Assembly (NCBI GenBank): GCA_041659325.1
Contig: JBAZYN010000004.1
Coordinates: forward strand, 583 to 64,582
From: Candidatus Shapirobacteria bacterium
Lineage (GTDB): Bacteria > Patescibacteriota > Microgenomatia > UBA12405
Length of the DNA stretch: 64,000 nucleotides
Direction of reading: 5' to 3'
The notes under the pieces are model-generated. The model ran no database searches. It was not told the DNA's origin and worked only from the letters and a program-made list of their open reading frames with translations. The position numbers were made by a program, and so were the translations under genes. The number at the start of each line of letters is the position of its first letter. Positions within the stretch are counted from its first letter, which is position 1. Below, piece by piece: positions 39,195 to 51,600 of this stretch.

Positions 39195-40256
39195 ATGATC
39201 AGCCACCGTTTCTTGGCAAAATTTTTTTTTGGTCTCATATTAGCCCCCTTGTTATTTTCCGGTCCAAAAGTCATTTGGGCCCAAACTACTGCCACCAACA
39301 GCGAACTGAATTTAATCACCTCGCCCCTGCCGATAAATTTGGTAACCGAGCCCGGGGCTACGGTTTCTGCTGATCTGAAAATTCAAAATGGTGGAATTGT
39401 CACCGAACAGCTAAAAGTTGAAGTCCTAAAATTCAACGCCTACGGAGATGACGGATACCCAAGGCTGATAGATCGTCAACCCGGTGACTCATTTCTGGAT
39501 TGGGTATCATTTTCGGAAAATTCTTTTGAACTTGCTCCCAAACAGTGGAAAACCATCACGGCCACTTTTTCCATCCCCCCCGATGCTGCTTTTGGCTATT
39601 ACTATGCTATAACTTTTTCCCGAGCCGAAAACATCAAGGCCGATGGTGGGGGACAAACTTCCATTACCGGCGCTACTGCTACCCTCATTCTTTTAGAGGT
39701 TCGGGTCCCAAATGCCAAAAGAGAGGTCGAAGTCATGGAGTTGTCCACCGATAAGAAAATTTATGAATTTTTACCGGCCAACTTTCAGATAAAACTGAAA
39801 AATAAAGGTAACGTTCATCTTTCTCCCCGCGGAAATATTTTTATCGACCGAGGCAACCAGCGTGATGTTGCCATTTTGGAAATAAATCCCGAAAAAGGTA
39901 GTCTTTTACCCGATTCAAACCGCGTTTTCAGCACTAAATGGGCTGATGGTTTTCCTCTTTACCGGGAAAAAGTTAAGGACGGAAAAGTAGTCTTAAACAA
40001 AAAAAATGAAAGCGAGAAAGTACTCGAGTGGGATTTTAGCCAAACTCACAAATTACGTTGGGGAAAATTTTCAGCCAAAATGCTTATTGTTTACGACAAC
40101 GGAGAAAGGGACATCCCCATCGAAGGTATTGTCAGTTTTTGGGTAATTCCCTGGCGGCTTGTCAGCGCCGCCGGAGCCATAATTCTTTTAACCATCGTCG
40201 GTTTATGGTCAACTTTGGGAAAAATACTCATGAAGTTAATCAACAGAAAAAAATGA
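39195..40256 (+). CDS. DUF916/DUF3324-like (WxL-interacting, chaperone-like) membrane-anchored protein
   Basis: PG.TVS..LKIQN, LDWVSF...FELAP, IPPDA.FGYYY and LKNKGNVHLSPRG; C-terminal TM. Confidence 0.65.
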   Translation: MISHRFLAKFFFGLILAPLLFSGPKVIWAQTTATNSELNLITSPLPINLVTEPGATVSADLKIQNGGIVTEQLKVEVLKFNAYGDDGYPRLIDRQPGDSFLDWVSFSENSFELAPKQWKTITATFSIPPDAAFGYYYAITFSRAENIKADGGGQTSITGATATLILLEVRVPNAKREVEVMELSTDKKIYEFLPANFQIKLKNKGNVHLSPRGNIFIDRGNQRDVAILEINPEKGSLLPDSNRVFSTKWADGFPLYREKVKDGKVVLNKKNESEKVLEWDFSQTHKLRWGKFSAKMLIVYDNGERDIPIEGIVSFWVIPWRLVSAAGAIILLTIVGLWSTLGKILMKLINRKK

Positions 40257-41194
40257 TCAGCGGCCAAAAATGTTTTGGTTTAATATTTTTTTTAGGCCTA
40301 ATTGTTTCGCTCCTTCCGATCCGAGTTTCAGGTCAGCAGAAAAAAATCCAAACCGGTATAAGTATTGCTCCGCCGTTTACGGAATTAGTTTTTGACAAGC
40401 TTGACAAAGAAAAAAACTTTATCTTAACTATCACCAACCATGGCCACAAATCCGAAGTGTTCAGGCTGTCGGTAGTCGACTTAGGCGGGCTTGAAGAATC
40501 AGCCGGAGTTCCGTTTTTGGGGACAAAAAACTCAGAATTAGAAAAAAAATATTCCTTAAGTTCGTGGATAATTTTGGGTAAAGACGCTCTGGTAGTCGAT
40601 CCCCAAAAAAAAGTTGACATAAAAATCACCATCCAAAACAAAGAATCCTTGTCCCCGGGAGGTCATTACGGCGCCGTAATTGTTAAACTGGATAATTCCG
40701 ACAAATCCGGTACCGATGTCGTGGAGGTGAATCAAAATTTTGCCTCTCTTATCTTTGTCAAAAAAATCGGTGGCGAGATATATGACTTAAAGCTTAACCA
40801 AACAACAATCCAAAATTCTTATCTAAAGATACCGGACACAATAGAGCTCAGATTTCAAAATTCCGGCAATATCCATGTCGTCCCCCGCGGTACGCTGGAA
40901 TTAAAAGATCCCTCCGGCCGTTTGATCGCAAAAGGGGTTATAAACAAGGCCTCTTCCATTATCCTGCCCGAGTCCTTCCGAACTTATCAAAACAGAATCA
41001 ATCAGTTAAAACCGGCCTGGTTACCGGGAAAATACCACCTTACGGTCAATTATCGATTTGATGGGTCAGACCAAATATCATCTCTGACAAAAGATTACCT
41101 ATACCTAGGTTGGCTGCCGTATGCCGTCTTCGGCGTCACTATCGTCACTTGGTTTTGGTTTTTAAGGTCCAAAAAATCTAAAAAACAAGAATAA
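40253..41194 (+). CDS. Second DUF916/DUF3324-like membrane-anchored protein
   Basis: ISIAPP, LSSWI, LSPGGHYGAV, FQNSGNIHVVPRG and GKY; C-terminal TM; ATGA overlap. Confidence 0.65.
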   Translation: MISGQKCFGLIFFLGLIVSLLPIRVSGQQKKIQTGISIAPPFTELVFDKLDKEKNFILTITNHGHKSEVFRLSVVDLGGLEESAGVPFLGTKNSELEKKYSLSSWIILGKDALVVDPQKKVDIKITIQNKESLSPGGHYGAVIVKLDNSDKSGTDVVEVNQNFASLIFVKKIGGEIYDLKLNQTTIQNSYLKIPDTIELRFQNSGNIHVVPRGTLELKDPSGRLIAKGVINKASSIILPESFRTYQNRINQLKPAWLPGKYHLTVNYRFDGSDQISSLTKDYLYLGWLPYAVFGVTIVTWFWFLRSKKSKKQE

Positions 41195-41321
41195 AAAAAT
41201 CGCTAACTATCGCCATATTTATAATATTTGAATTTGATATCTAAAGATATCTTTTAAATAGACATCGTTTTCACTATAGTACACAGTAAGGGCTGTTATA
41301 TCGGGCCTAGTCTTGACGTAT

Positions 41322-42626
41322 ATGGGAAAGTTTATTATAAAAATCTGGTCAATCTTCTGTTTAATAATTTTTTGGGTATATTTCTGTCTCTCACCTGTTT
41401 CCGCGGCAATTTACGAAAGGGTGAATTTTCAGGGTAAAGTAGTCAATAAATCCGTCGGCGAAACAGACGGCACCAATGTCCCCGACGGCGATTACGATTT
41501 TGTTTTCACCATTTACCCGGCCCTTAGCACCGGCTCTTCTCTTTGGACCGAGACCTGGGATAGTGGTACAGCTCAGGTAGCAGTTACTAGCGGAGTATTT
41601 AACGTTAATTTAGGCACCCAACTGACCTTTCCCGCCAATCTTTTTGAAAGTGATAGTTTATTTTTGGCCATAAATTTTAACGCCGATGGCGACATGACTC
41701 CCAGGATTCGGCTCACTTCTGTTCCCTATGCTTTTAGTGCCGGCAAAGTTGCCGGCTTAACCATAGATAGCATTGGAGTTACCCTTGACCAAAGTTTAGC
41801 TACTACCAATTCACCCACTTTTTCGGGTCTAAATATTGGCACCTCTCTGTCGGTTGCGGCCAATGTAAACGTCGGCGGCACCTTAATTTTTTCCGCTACC
41901 GGCGTAAATATCGACGCCGTCACCGCCCAAGGGTTAATTTTTCAGGGGAGGAATTCTTCCTCTTTTAACACCACTAGCGGTGACATTACTCTCAATCCTG
42001 CCGGTTCAGTCATAATCGGTACCGGCACCAGTACTTTTACCTTCAACCCTCTTTCCGGTCCGCTCTATTCAGGCTCGGCCCGACCTTCAAAAACAATCAG
42101 AATTTCACCGGAATACCCCGGAGCTTCAATGACTGCCGATGGCTCCACCGATATTGGTGGTACCATGACTTCCGACAACACCCTAAACGCCGGTGGCATC
42201 GGCTGGAAAAATTATTATCAGTGGTCATCCGGCAATGCTGCCTTACAGGACTATTCGGTTTTGGCCCGAGTTGCCCTTCCCTCTGATTTTGATACCTGGG
42301 AAACCGGCTCTTGTCCGGGAGCTGCCTGTGCTTTTGAAATAGAATTCCAAACCGGGGTCGGCACCACCGACGATAATTATATTTCTGTCGCCGTCAACAA
42401 TAACTCCGACACTCCCGGCACCGCCGTCTGTTCAATTGGCTCAACCGCCGCTACCGCCTGGACCTTAACTGGTTGCCCTGAAGCCACCTTAAATGATGGG
42501 TCTTCTTCAGAGTGGGATGCGGCCGGAGAAGCGGCCGTTGTTCGTATCAAATTGGCGGCAAAAAGTACCGAAAATGCCTTATCTCGGGTAGGGGACATCA
42601 TTTTAAGGTACAAGGCAAAATTCTAA
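41322..42626 (+). CDS. Secreted fibre-like protein
   Basis: Signal peptide; NFQGK...LWTET...GVFNVNLG...PRIRLTSVPYAF module of the kind seen at the N-terminus of tail-fibre-like surface proteins. Confidence 0.6.
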   Translation: MGKFIIKIWSIFCLIIFWVYFCLSPVSAAIYERVNFQGKVVNKSVGETDGTNVPDGDYDFVFTIYPALSTGSSLWTETWDSGTAQVAVTSGVFNVNLGTQLTFPANLFESDSLFLAINFNADGDMTPRIRLTSVPYAFSAGKVAGLTIDSIGVTLDQSLATTNSPTFSGLNIGTSLSVAANVNVGGTLIFSATGVNIDAVTAQGLIFQGRNSSSFNTTSGDITLNPAGSVIIGTGTSTFTFNPLSGPLYSGSARPSKTIRISPEYPGASMTADGSTDIGGTMTSDNTLNAGGIGWKNYYQWSSGNAALQDYSVLARVALPSDFDTWETGSCPGAACAFEIEFQTGVGTTDDNYISVAVNNNSDTPGTAVCSIGSTAATAWTLTGCPEATLNDGSSSEWDAAGEAAVVRIKLAAKSTENALSRVGDIILRYKAKF

Positions 42627-45600
42627 TGAAAATTTTTTCGCCCCTCCCTAAGTTAAAAAAAACCCTCTCGCTATTTCTCTTGACCGGCCTGGTATTTTTT
42701 TCCTTTTTATCTACCCCCACCCTTTTGGCCCAGGATGCGGCTCCTGCTATATCCGTAGACCCCGCTGTATCAATCTCTCCACCTTCCCCAGAGTCCTATT
42801 CTGATTCACCCGAAGCCAACAACTCAGCCAGACTTCGTCCTAGCTTTAAACTGGAAACTTACGACACCAATCCGGTTTTCAGTAAATCAAAACCTGAGTT
42901 TAAACTAGTCTCCGGCACCAAATTTAAACCAAGAATCAAGGTGTACAATAATTCAAAACAGGAAATCGATATTGAGCTCGTTGAAAAAGTCGACAAGGGC
43001 GATGTTGTTTATAGCTTCAATCAAGCCACAGAAATTCCCCCCGGTAAATATACAATCACATTTCAAGATGATCTCGGCGGCGAAATATCGAAAGATTTTT
43101 ACTGGGGAGTTTTGGCCATCAATTTCAACAAATCCGTTTATAACCCGCTGGAAAACGGTTACATTTCTCTTGCCGTTTTAGACGAAACCGGCGACATGGT
43201 CTGTGATGCCAAGTTAGCCCTGATTGTCGAAGAACCAGATGGTTCAGTCGAAGAGTTAACCACCGATGATGGCCGCATCAAGGTCAACCCCGAATGTCAG
43301 GTTCATGGCTTTACGGAAAAGCCGGATTATGAAACCGAATATGCTTTTAGTGAAAATCCGGGCACATACAAATTTCACCTTGTCGCCGAAACCAAAAATG
43401 GTTCTTATAGTATTACCGATCAGGTTCAGGTAGCCGAAAACTTACCTATCGAAGTCGACCGGGTTATGGCTACCCGCATTTATCCCCCCCACCCTTATAC
43501 TGCCACTATTAATCTAAAGGCAAATGAAGATTTTATCGGAATAGTCACGGAAACCGTCCCCTCAAGTTTCATTATCACCAAAGCCGCCAATACCGAAATT
43601 TTACCCTACAAAACCATAGTTGAAGACAAAAACTCAAAGACAAAAAAAATTACCTGGAATTTAGACCTAAAACCAGGCGAAGATGTCACTATCGGTTATC
43701 GATACGATATCCCCGATATCTCGCCCGAATTTTATCTGGTTGGGCCGATAAAGTTTACCGATTATAGCGGTACTGTTGATTTTTTTACCGAAACCCGTCA
43801 ATGGCAATTGGCGGCCGATGCCGTAGCTCCTGTAAAAATCCGGCAAGAAATTAATATTATTAACGGTTTAGTTACTGCCGCTGGGGTTGATGCCGCCATA
43901 GTAAATCTGGATACCGCCAAATATAACAGTGCCACTTATTATTTTGAAGTAATTGCCAAGGTCAGTGCCGGCACCTTAACCGTCAACCTCAGTACCGGAA
44001 ACACCAATACCGTTGGTATCGGTATCAGTGATACTAGCTTTGTCAGAGTTCGGTCGGCTTTTACCCCCGAAAGCGGTTCTTTTGACTACCGACTTAATTT
44101 AGTAAACGGGACCTCGCCACAGGTGAAAGCCGCCAGAATCATTATTTTACAAAGCGCCACTACTATTACTGCCACTCAAACCCAGATTGAAATCGGCAAT
44201 TTGGAAATCGGTTTATCCATGGCGACGACGGCTCCCCTTACCAGCCCAAAATATTGGAAATATGATTCAGCTTTGTGGGATGGGACAAAAACATTTGATA
44301 TCAGCGTTTCATATAAAGCCGGCGTGGGGGTCACGGCCGGTTCCCAAACTTTTACAGTAGCAGGTATCAATACTTTTACCCCACCTGGTGGCATAACCTC
44401 AGTCAAGGTCGAATGTTGGGGCGGCGGCGGCGCCGGTGGAAGTTCCAACACCACCACCGACGGTTGCGGTGGCGGTGGCGGTGGTGCCTATTCCAATAAA
44501 TTAAATGTGGGTGTCACAGCTGGAATTGGCTATACCGCTTTTGTCGGAGTCGGCGGTACCTATAGATCTCAAGCCAAAGGAGGCGATGGCGCCGCCAGCT
44601 ATTTTCGAAATAGCGTCGGCGTGACTGTTGTCTCGGCCGCCGGAGGAATCGGCGGCACTTCTCAAGCCAGTAGCAATCCGGGAGCCGGTGGAGCTGGCGG
44701 TAACTCCACCGTTGGTGTTGGAGATACCAAATGGAGCGGAGGAACAGGTGGTAGAGGCTATAATGCTTCGGCAGGGCAGGGAGGTCCGGGTGGTAGCTCA
44801 GCCGGAATTGGAACCACGGGCCGGTCTGGTCCGGATCCCTGGTCAACCAGAGTTGCCAGTGCCGGCCCTACTGGTAGTGGTATCGGCGGTAGTGGTGGCC
44901 CGGCTGGTAACAGCGGTGCAGCCCCGGCCAGTGGAAATGGCGGCGGCGGCGGCGGCTCCGGCGATGTGGCAACCAGTGTCGGTGGAAACGGCGCCGGTGG
45001 GAAAGTAGTAGTTACTTGGGCCGCAATAGATAACGCAGTTTCAATTTATCTTCAGGAAGACAACGGTTCTTTTGCCGGCTGGACAAATGTCGTCACTGTT
45101 TTAAGCGGTGGTACCGCCACCGTCCCGACTTCGGTGGGCATTACAAACTTTACCCCTACCACCGGTAGAAATTATCGACTCGTTGCCAATACTGGTCTCA
45201 GTCCTTTTGATATTTATAATGCCAAAATTATTGTTAATCAAACCAGTGCTACTACTATTGACAAGCTAGTTCCCCAATATTTGTTGCTAAATACAAAATC
45301 AACCACCACCGGCAGTGCTTTAGGTTATCAAAGTTTATGGACCACCGACGAATGGGGCCGGACTACCAATACCTATCTGCATGCCTTTGACTCCATCGGT
45401 GGCGGCACCACCGCCACTGTTAAGCTCGTTGATATTGATGCCGGAAATGCTGAATTAACCAATTCCGCCATTGGCGGGACAAATCAAGTAATTAGTAATG
45501 GCATAACAATGCCCACTTCCGGTCATCAAATAGATACCTGGCTGACCGCCGCCGGAACCGAAGTCGACGCTTCGAGAATTTTGGTTCAAGTTGACGTAAC

Positions 45601-48600
45601 GGCAGTTCAAAATCCGACCGTTGTTCTCAACAGTCTCGACAATGGCGCCACCACTACTGATACCACCCCGACTTTGGATTTTACCGGCACTAGTGCCTAC
45701 GGAGATAGTGTCAGATATAACATTCAGATAGCCACCAACGACCTATTTTCTTCTAGCATAATCACTCAAACCTCGGTTCTGTCTCAAGGCACCGAGACGG
45801 ACGCCAGTTCGTACGATACCGCCAGTATTTCCCCCGGTGCTAATAAATTAGTCCTTCTAGCCGTGGCCTCCCGGGTGGCTGGCGGCGGAAACAATACCCC
45901 TACCGCCAGTGGTGTTGGCATGAGCTGGGATTTAGTCACCACAGTTCAGGAACCCGGCAGCTGGAATAGGATTAGTCTTCTTCGAGCCATGAGTCCGTCG
46001 CCTTCTTCCGGGGCTATCACCATTTCTTTTGGTGGTCAAACTCAAACAGCTGTAAACTGGCAAATTTCCGAGTTTTCAAATGTTGATACTTCGGGGACAA
46101 ACGGTGCTAGCGCCATCGGTCAGTCACAAACCAACACCGGTGCTTCCGTTACTAGTCTCACCGTTACCTTGGGTGCTTTTCAAAGTACCAATAACGCCAC
46201 CTATGGGGCTATGATCTCTGAGGTCGCCTCTCCCATCAACCAGGGTACTGGATTTACTGAAGTTTATGATTTAAGTGTTACCGATAGCGCTCTGGAAACA
46301 GAGTGGAAAGATAGCAACGATACTTCGGTGGATTGGTCTTTTACTCAGGGCAGGGTCGGCGGAATTGCCGTCGAAATAAAAGCGGCTCCATCTGCCCTCG
46401 ATAAAGTTTCCGGTACCGATGTCGGTTTTTCCGGATCTCCGGATAATACAGATCCTTTTACATCCGCCCAAGCCGTAAATTATACCGTTGAGGAGGGAGA
46501 TAGCTTGGCGGTAGGCACTTATTACTGGCGAGTCAGAGGTATAGATCCAGATGGGAGCAATGCTTACGGCTCGTGGAGTGATACCCGTAATTTTGTGGTA
46601 AGCATGGCTGCCAATGTGACTATTTCGGGAAATATCTATACCACCGAAACCGCCACTGCCTACAACTGTTCATCCACCAACCTAACAGTTCGGGCCATAG
46701 TCGAGGGAGCCGGAGTCGGTACTACCGGTATTTGTACCTCCGGTGGTGGGGCATTTCTTATCCAAAATATCACCGTTGGTGATACCGGTCATGTAATTAC
46801 CTTATATTTAGACGGAGAATCAGAGAAAGCCACCTCCATTACCAAAGTTGCCAGCACCTCTATAGGATTTACCCTTCCCCTTTATCAAAACCGGGTATAT
46901 CTTAGTCACCAAAATGACGGGCCGATTACCAATGCAGATATCGATAAATATGATAGCGCCAACGATGCCGATATCCAATATACCTCAAACGGTGTCGGTC
47001 TCACCGTTACCCCGGGCTCCAAAATTGTTATCGCCCTTGGAAAAACCTATACTCCCGGCGGAAGTATTGACACCCCCTCAATCGGCATCGGTGGAACTTT
47101 CAACCCGGAGTCGAACACTGTTAATCTAACTGGAAGCGGCAGCAGCATCACCTGTACCGATGCCCCGGGGACAGTCATGCCTCTATGTAATAGTGGTACT
47201 TTTAACCAGTCAACCTCAACCATCAATTACAACGGGACTTCCGCTTCTGCCATCGCCGCTCTTACCTTCAATAATCTGGGTGTGGGTATTTCCTCCGAGG
47301 CGGGAGTCGGCACTACCTATACCTTTACCGGTAACGTCACAGTCGGCGGTATCTTCTCTATCGGAAATATCTTGTCATCAAATATCGATGTTGTAAATGC
47401 TTCCTCCCACACTCTTACTCTAACTCAGGCAGATACTCCGCTAAATGCTACTCCCAAGGGTGCTCTTGCTCCGGGAAGCTCGACTGTCGTTTACACTGCC
47501 TCCGCAGATACCAGCGTTGCGACTGTTGACTATTACAACCTTTCTCTGGCCCCTGCCTCAGGCACACCCACTTATACTCTTTTAAACGTTTGGGAATATA
47601 GAAGACCAATAGCAATTACCAATGCCTCGGGCGGGGACCTAACCGACTTTCAGGTTTCCTTTACTTTGGACACCACCGACAGTACTAGATTTCAGCCGGA
47701 TTGTGATGATATAAGAATCACCGACTCAAGTGGTATTACCATTCTTCCTCATTGGATCGAAGAAAACAATCCCGGTTGTGGCAATGCCTCTACCAAAATT
47801 TGGACCAAAGTTCCCTCTATTCCCACTGCCGGCACAACCATCTATGTTTATTACGGCAATCCCATTGCTTCATCATCGCAAAACGGTACGAGTGTTTTTG
47901 AGTTTTTCGACGATTTTAGTGGCGATAGCCTAGACACACAAAAATGGACAAAAGTTAATGGCTCAACTCCGGTTCTTGCCTCCGGCACCTTGGCCATTAC
48001 CGCCACCGCCGACCCGGGTAAATTAATTGCCTCTGCCGGCCCCAATGGCGACAACTACATTTTAAAAGCCAGATTTATGGTTACCGGCGGCTCTGCCGAC
48101 GATGAAAGGTTGGGTCTAAGCGTAAAAACCAATACCTCAAGCGGAGCTGGCTACAATCTGGTTTTTAGGGGCTTTACCAACCTGTCAACGGTTCAGTTTT
48201 TACATGACGCAGTTGAGTGGGGCAGCGCAGACACTGTCAATTGGGCCAAAGACACATATTATACCGAAGAAATTTATCATGACGGAACAAATGTCAAAGG
48301 TCGTTTTAACGACGGTTCCTGGTACAGTTGGCCCAGAAGCGGAATATCCGGCTATTTGGCGATAAATTTTGCTAGTTTTAACGGTACAACTAGTATCTGG
48401 GATTATGCTGTTATTAGGAAAGCGGCTTCAACTGAACCCTCCTCCTCCGTCCAGGCAGAACAGGGTGTAACCAACACTGATATATTAACCGTCCACAATG
48501 ATTTTTCTACTTCAGGCGCCGGTACCGTAACTGTCAATGTAGAGACAAACAACAGTGCCACCCTGGATATTAATGGGGATTTTACTCTGGCTTCCGGCGA

Positions 48601-51600
48601 TACCTTTCTGGCCCCTCCCACTACGTCTATAGCCGGCGGCTATACCAACAATGGTACCTTTACCGCCAATTCTGGAAAAGTTACTTTTGACGGAACCGGA
48701 AGCAATACCCTATCTGGTTATATGAATGTCGGATCTGGCTCAACCTCTCCTTTCTATAAAGTGGTCTTTAGCGGCATCGGTGGCAGTTGGACCATTGCCG
48801 ACCCCATAAAAATCGGAGCTACCAATGCTACCGATACCCTATTAATAAACGCCGGAGTTGTTACCTTGGGCAATGGAAACGGTGATGATATGGAGGTCGA
48901 TGGAAAAATGAATATCGGTTCTACTGTCGGTCTGGCAATTTTTCAAACCATGGATGGTCTTGCCCAGGGCAGTGTCATCAATCTTGATATCAACAGCAAT
49001 ACCGCTCCGTTTAATTGTACTAACTGTTTGGTTCAAGTAGGCACAGCCGACAACACCGCCCCCCAGGGGACTTTTGTCATCAATGAAAACACCAACCTTC
49101 GATTAAATTCTTTCTCCAGCATTCAGTCGGGTCTGGATATTTATGCCTCGGGGAAAATAACTATTCGGGGTCTTCAGTCAGACACCGGCGCTGATAGCGG
49201 CACCGACACTACTTCCGCCGCCACCAGAGAAAGCAAAGTGTGTGTTGTCAAACCCGGCTGGGAAAACGACAGCCACAATAATAAAAACCTAAGAATCACC
49301 TCCGGCCTTGCCTTTGGGAAAATATACACTATCTCGGACACTATTACCAACGATTCCGATTGTGCCTCCGATACTGATGAGTCGCTGACTATCAACGATA
49401 CTTCCGTTCCCTCCGGGGCTAGCACTGCCGTCGTAAGCTCAATCACCACCGTCTTATCGCAAAGATGGGTTTGTTCCAATGCCACCACATATATTTCCGC
49501 GGATAATAAAGAGATAGGCAGATATCTACACGATCTGTCGGGTGTCACCGGTTATTACAAGATTGTCGACTCCACCAATAATGATGCTACCAACTGTTCG
49601 GGTAATGATAGGTTCAGGATTATGGCTGATCCTGCTGCTGAATTTGCCAGTCTGCAAACCAGTGATACTTTTAAAATTGTCGATGGTATTAGGTCCGATG
49701 ACACCTTTGAAATAATTGATTATGCCTCTATTACGGCCCAAAATGGTGTCGCCTGTAACTCATCGTTCAACGGCTATATCCTGGGAAGAAACCGTTCAGA
49801 AGTAGATATCCAATATTCAGATATTTGCAATATGGGAGCTTCCGATGAATATAAAACCGGAATCATGCTTGGCTACTCTTCGGCGGGCACCGACGGCTCT
49901 CTGCAAAACGAAGGGTTTGCAATTTCCAAGTCAAGGATAAGAAATGGTCACAATGGAATTGTTTTTTATTATGCGGACAATAATTCCGGAGCCAAAGGTA
50001 TCTCCGACAATTATATTTCAGGACATGCATCTTTCGGAATTGACTTTTACTACGGTGCCGACAACAATAGTGTTACTTCAAACACTGTTTGTGGCAATTT
50101 TCAAAACATTTATTTTAGGAATAATTCAAATAACAACACCGTATCTTCTAATATTATTTGTGAAGCCACCACCTTTGCCGGAATTGTTTTATATGATTCG
50201 CTAAGCGGTAATATCGTCTCTTCAAATACTATTTACAACAACGCCCAACATGGTATCTATACTGGCACTAACGCCATAGACAACACCTTTTCATCAAACA
50301 CCGTCTTCGGCAACCAATTAAGTGGAATTACTCTTGACAGTGCCCACATGACCAAAGTATCGGGCAACACGGTAAACAACTCTCAATATCATGGGATATA
50401 TATAATCGGAGGGTCAAAGGGCAATATCATTTCGTCAAACAACGTTTTTGGTCAAGACGCTGGTATTTATCTTTATAATTCTGCCAACAACAATCTTTTG
50501 TACACCAATAATTCATACAACAATGCCTACGGTTTACAATCGGGTTCTAACTCGACAAACAATGTATTTTTCGGAAATGATTATTACTCTAATACTAGCT
50601 ATGGTAGCTATAATAATGACGGTTTTAGTAATAATGTTTTCTATAATGATTCGTTTTATGGCAATATATTCGGCTGGATTGACAATGGTGCCTCAAATTT
50701 AAATAACATCCTTATAAACAATAGTTTCGGAGTCGGAACAGAAAATGGTTTCTACGATATCTATCAAATAGGATCTGCTCCCCATTCTACGCATTTATAT
50801 AGCTCGACTGTTAATTCCACCGTTGAGGCCGACGGAATTATCTACCCCGGCTCATCAATTATCTCCCGCTCTCACGATGGAGTAGCCGGTGCTACCAAAA
50901 TCTGGGGAGAATATTCCACTTCATCAAATAACTCCGAAACGCCACAGGATGAAGGGTTAGAAAGATATAATTATGCCGATTCCTCCTGGCCCGACTCAAT
51001 TACCGACCCGGGGTTTTCCGGTATCGGAACCTCAGACACCGATCTAAATCTTGGCTTCGCCGGAGGTACCTTAGGCGGGGGGACTTCAGCCGCCTTTGTC
51101 TACCGGGTTTACTGCACTGTCACCAACTGTGTCACCTCCCCCAACTCGTGGGGGGTTGAAAGAGATGGGATAGGTTTGGGTACCTCCGCCTCTAGCGGCG
51201 TTGGCTATACCGACCCTGGCACCAATATCTCGTTTAAAATCGATGATTCCGGAACAGATTTTGCCCTGGGTGATACCTACACCTTTGTTGCCTTCAGGGG
51301 TAGTACTGACACCAATACTCAAAAAACTATAACAATGGCCCAGGATGGGGATTTAATAAATGTTGGTGCCGGTACTACTCTCCGGGCAATCGGGGTCGGC
51401 GGTAGCCACACCTTGATCACCCGTGGTGGATCGGGCGGCTACCACATTAATGTCGCCGGAACCCTTGATGCTAGCTACTATACTTTAAGTTATTTAGGAG
51501 GAACCGACGGAAATTTAGGGCTTGATTTACAAAGTGGTTCTCTGATTACTAATTTAGCCAACGGTGTCTTTGATAATTTCCAAGATGTCGGATCATCGGA

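Noticed and set aside
42512-42625. 5' extension of the giant ORF to 42512 (similar extensions at 26125, 40058, 57242, 62212)
   Set aside because: These overlap neighbouring genes; signal peptides, stop/start overlaps or -10 boxes point to later starts.
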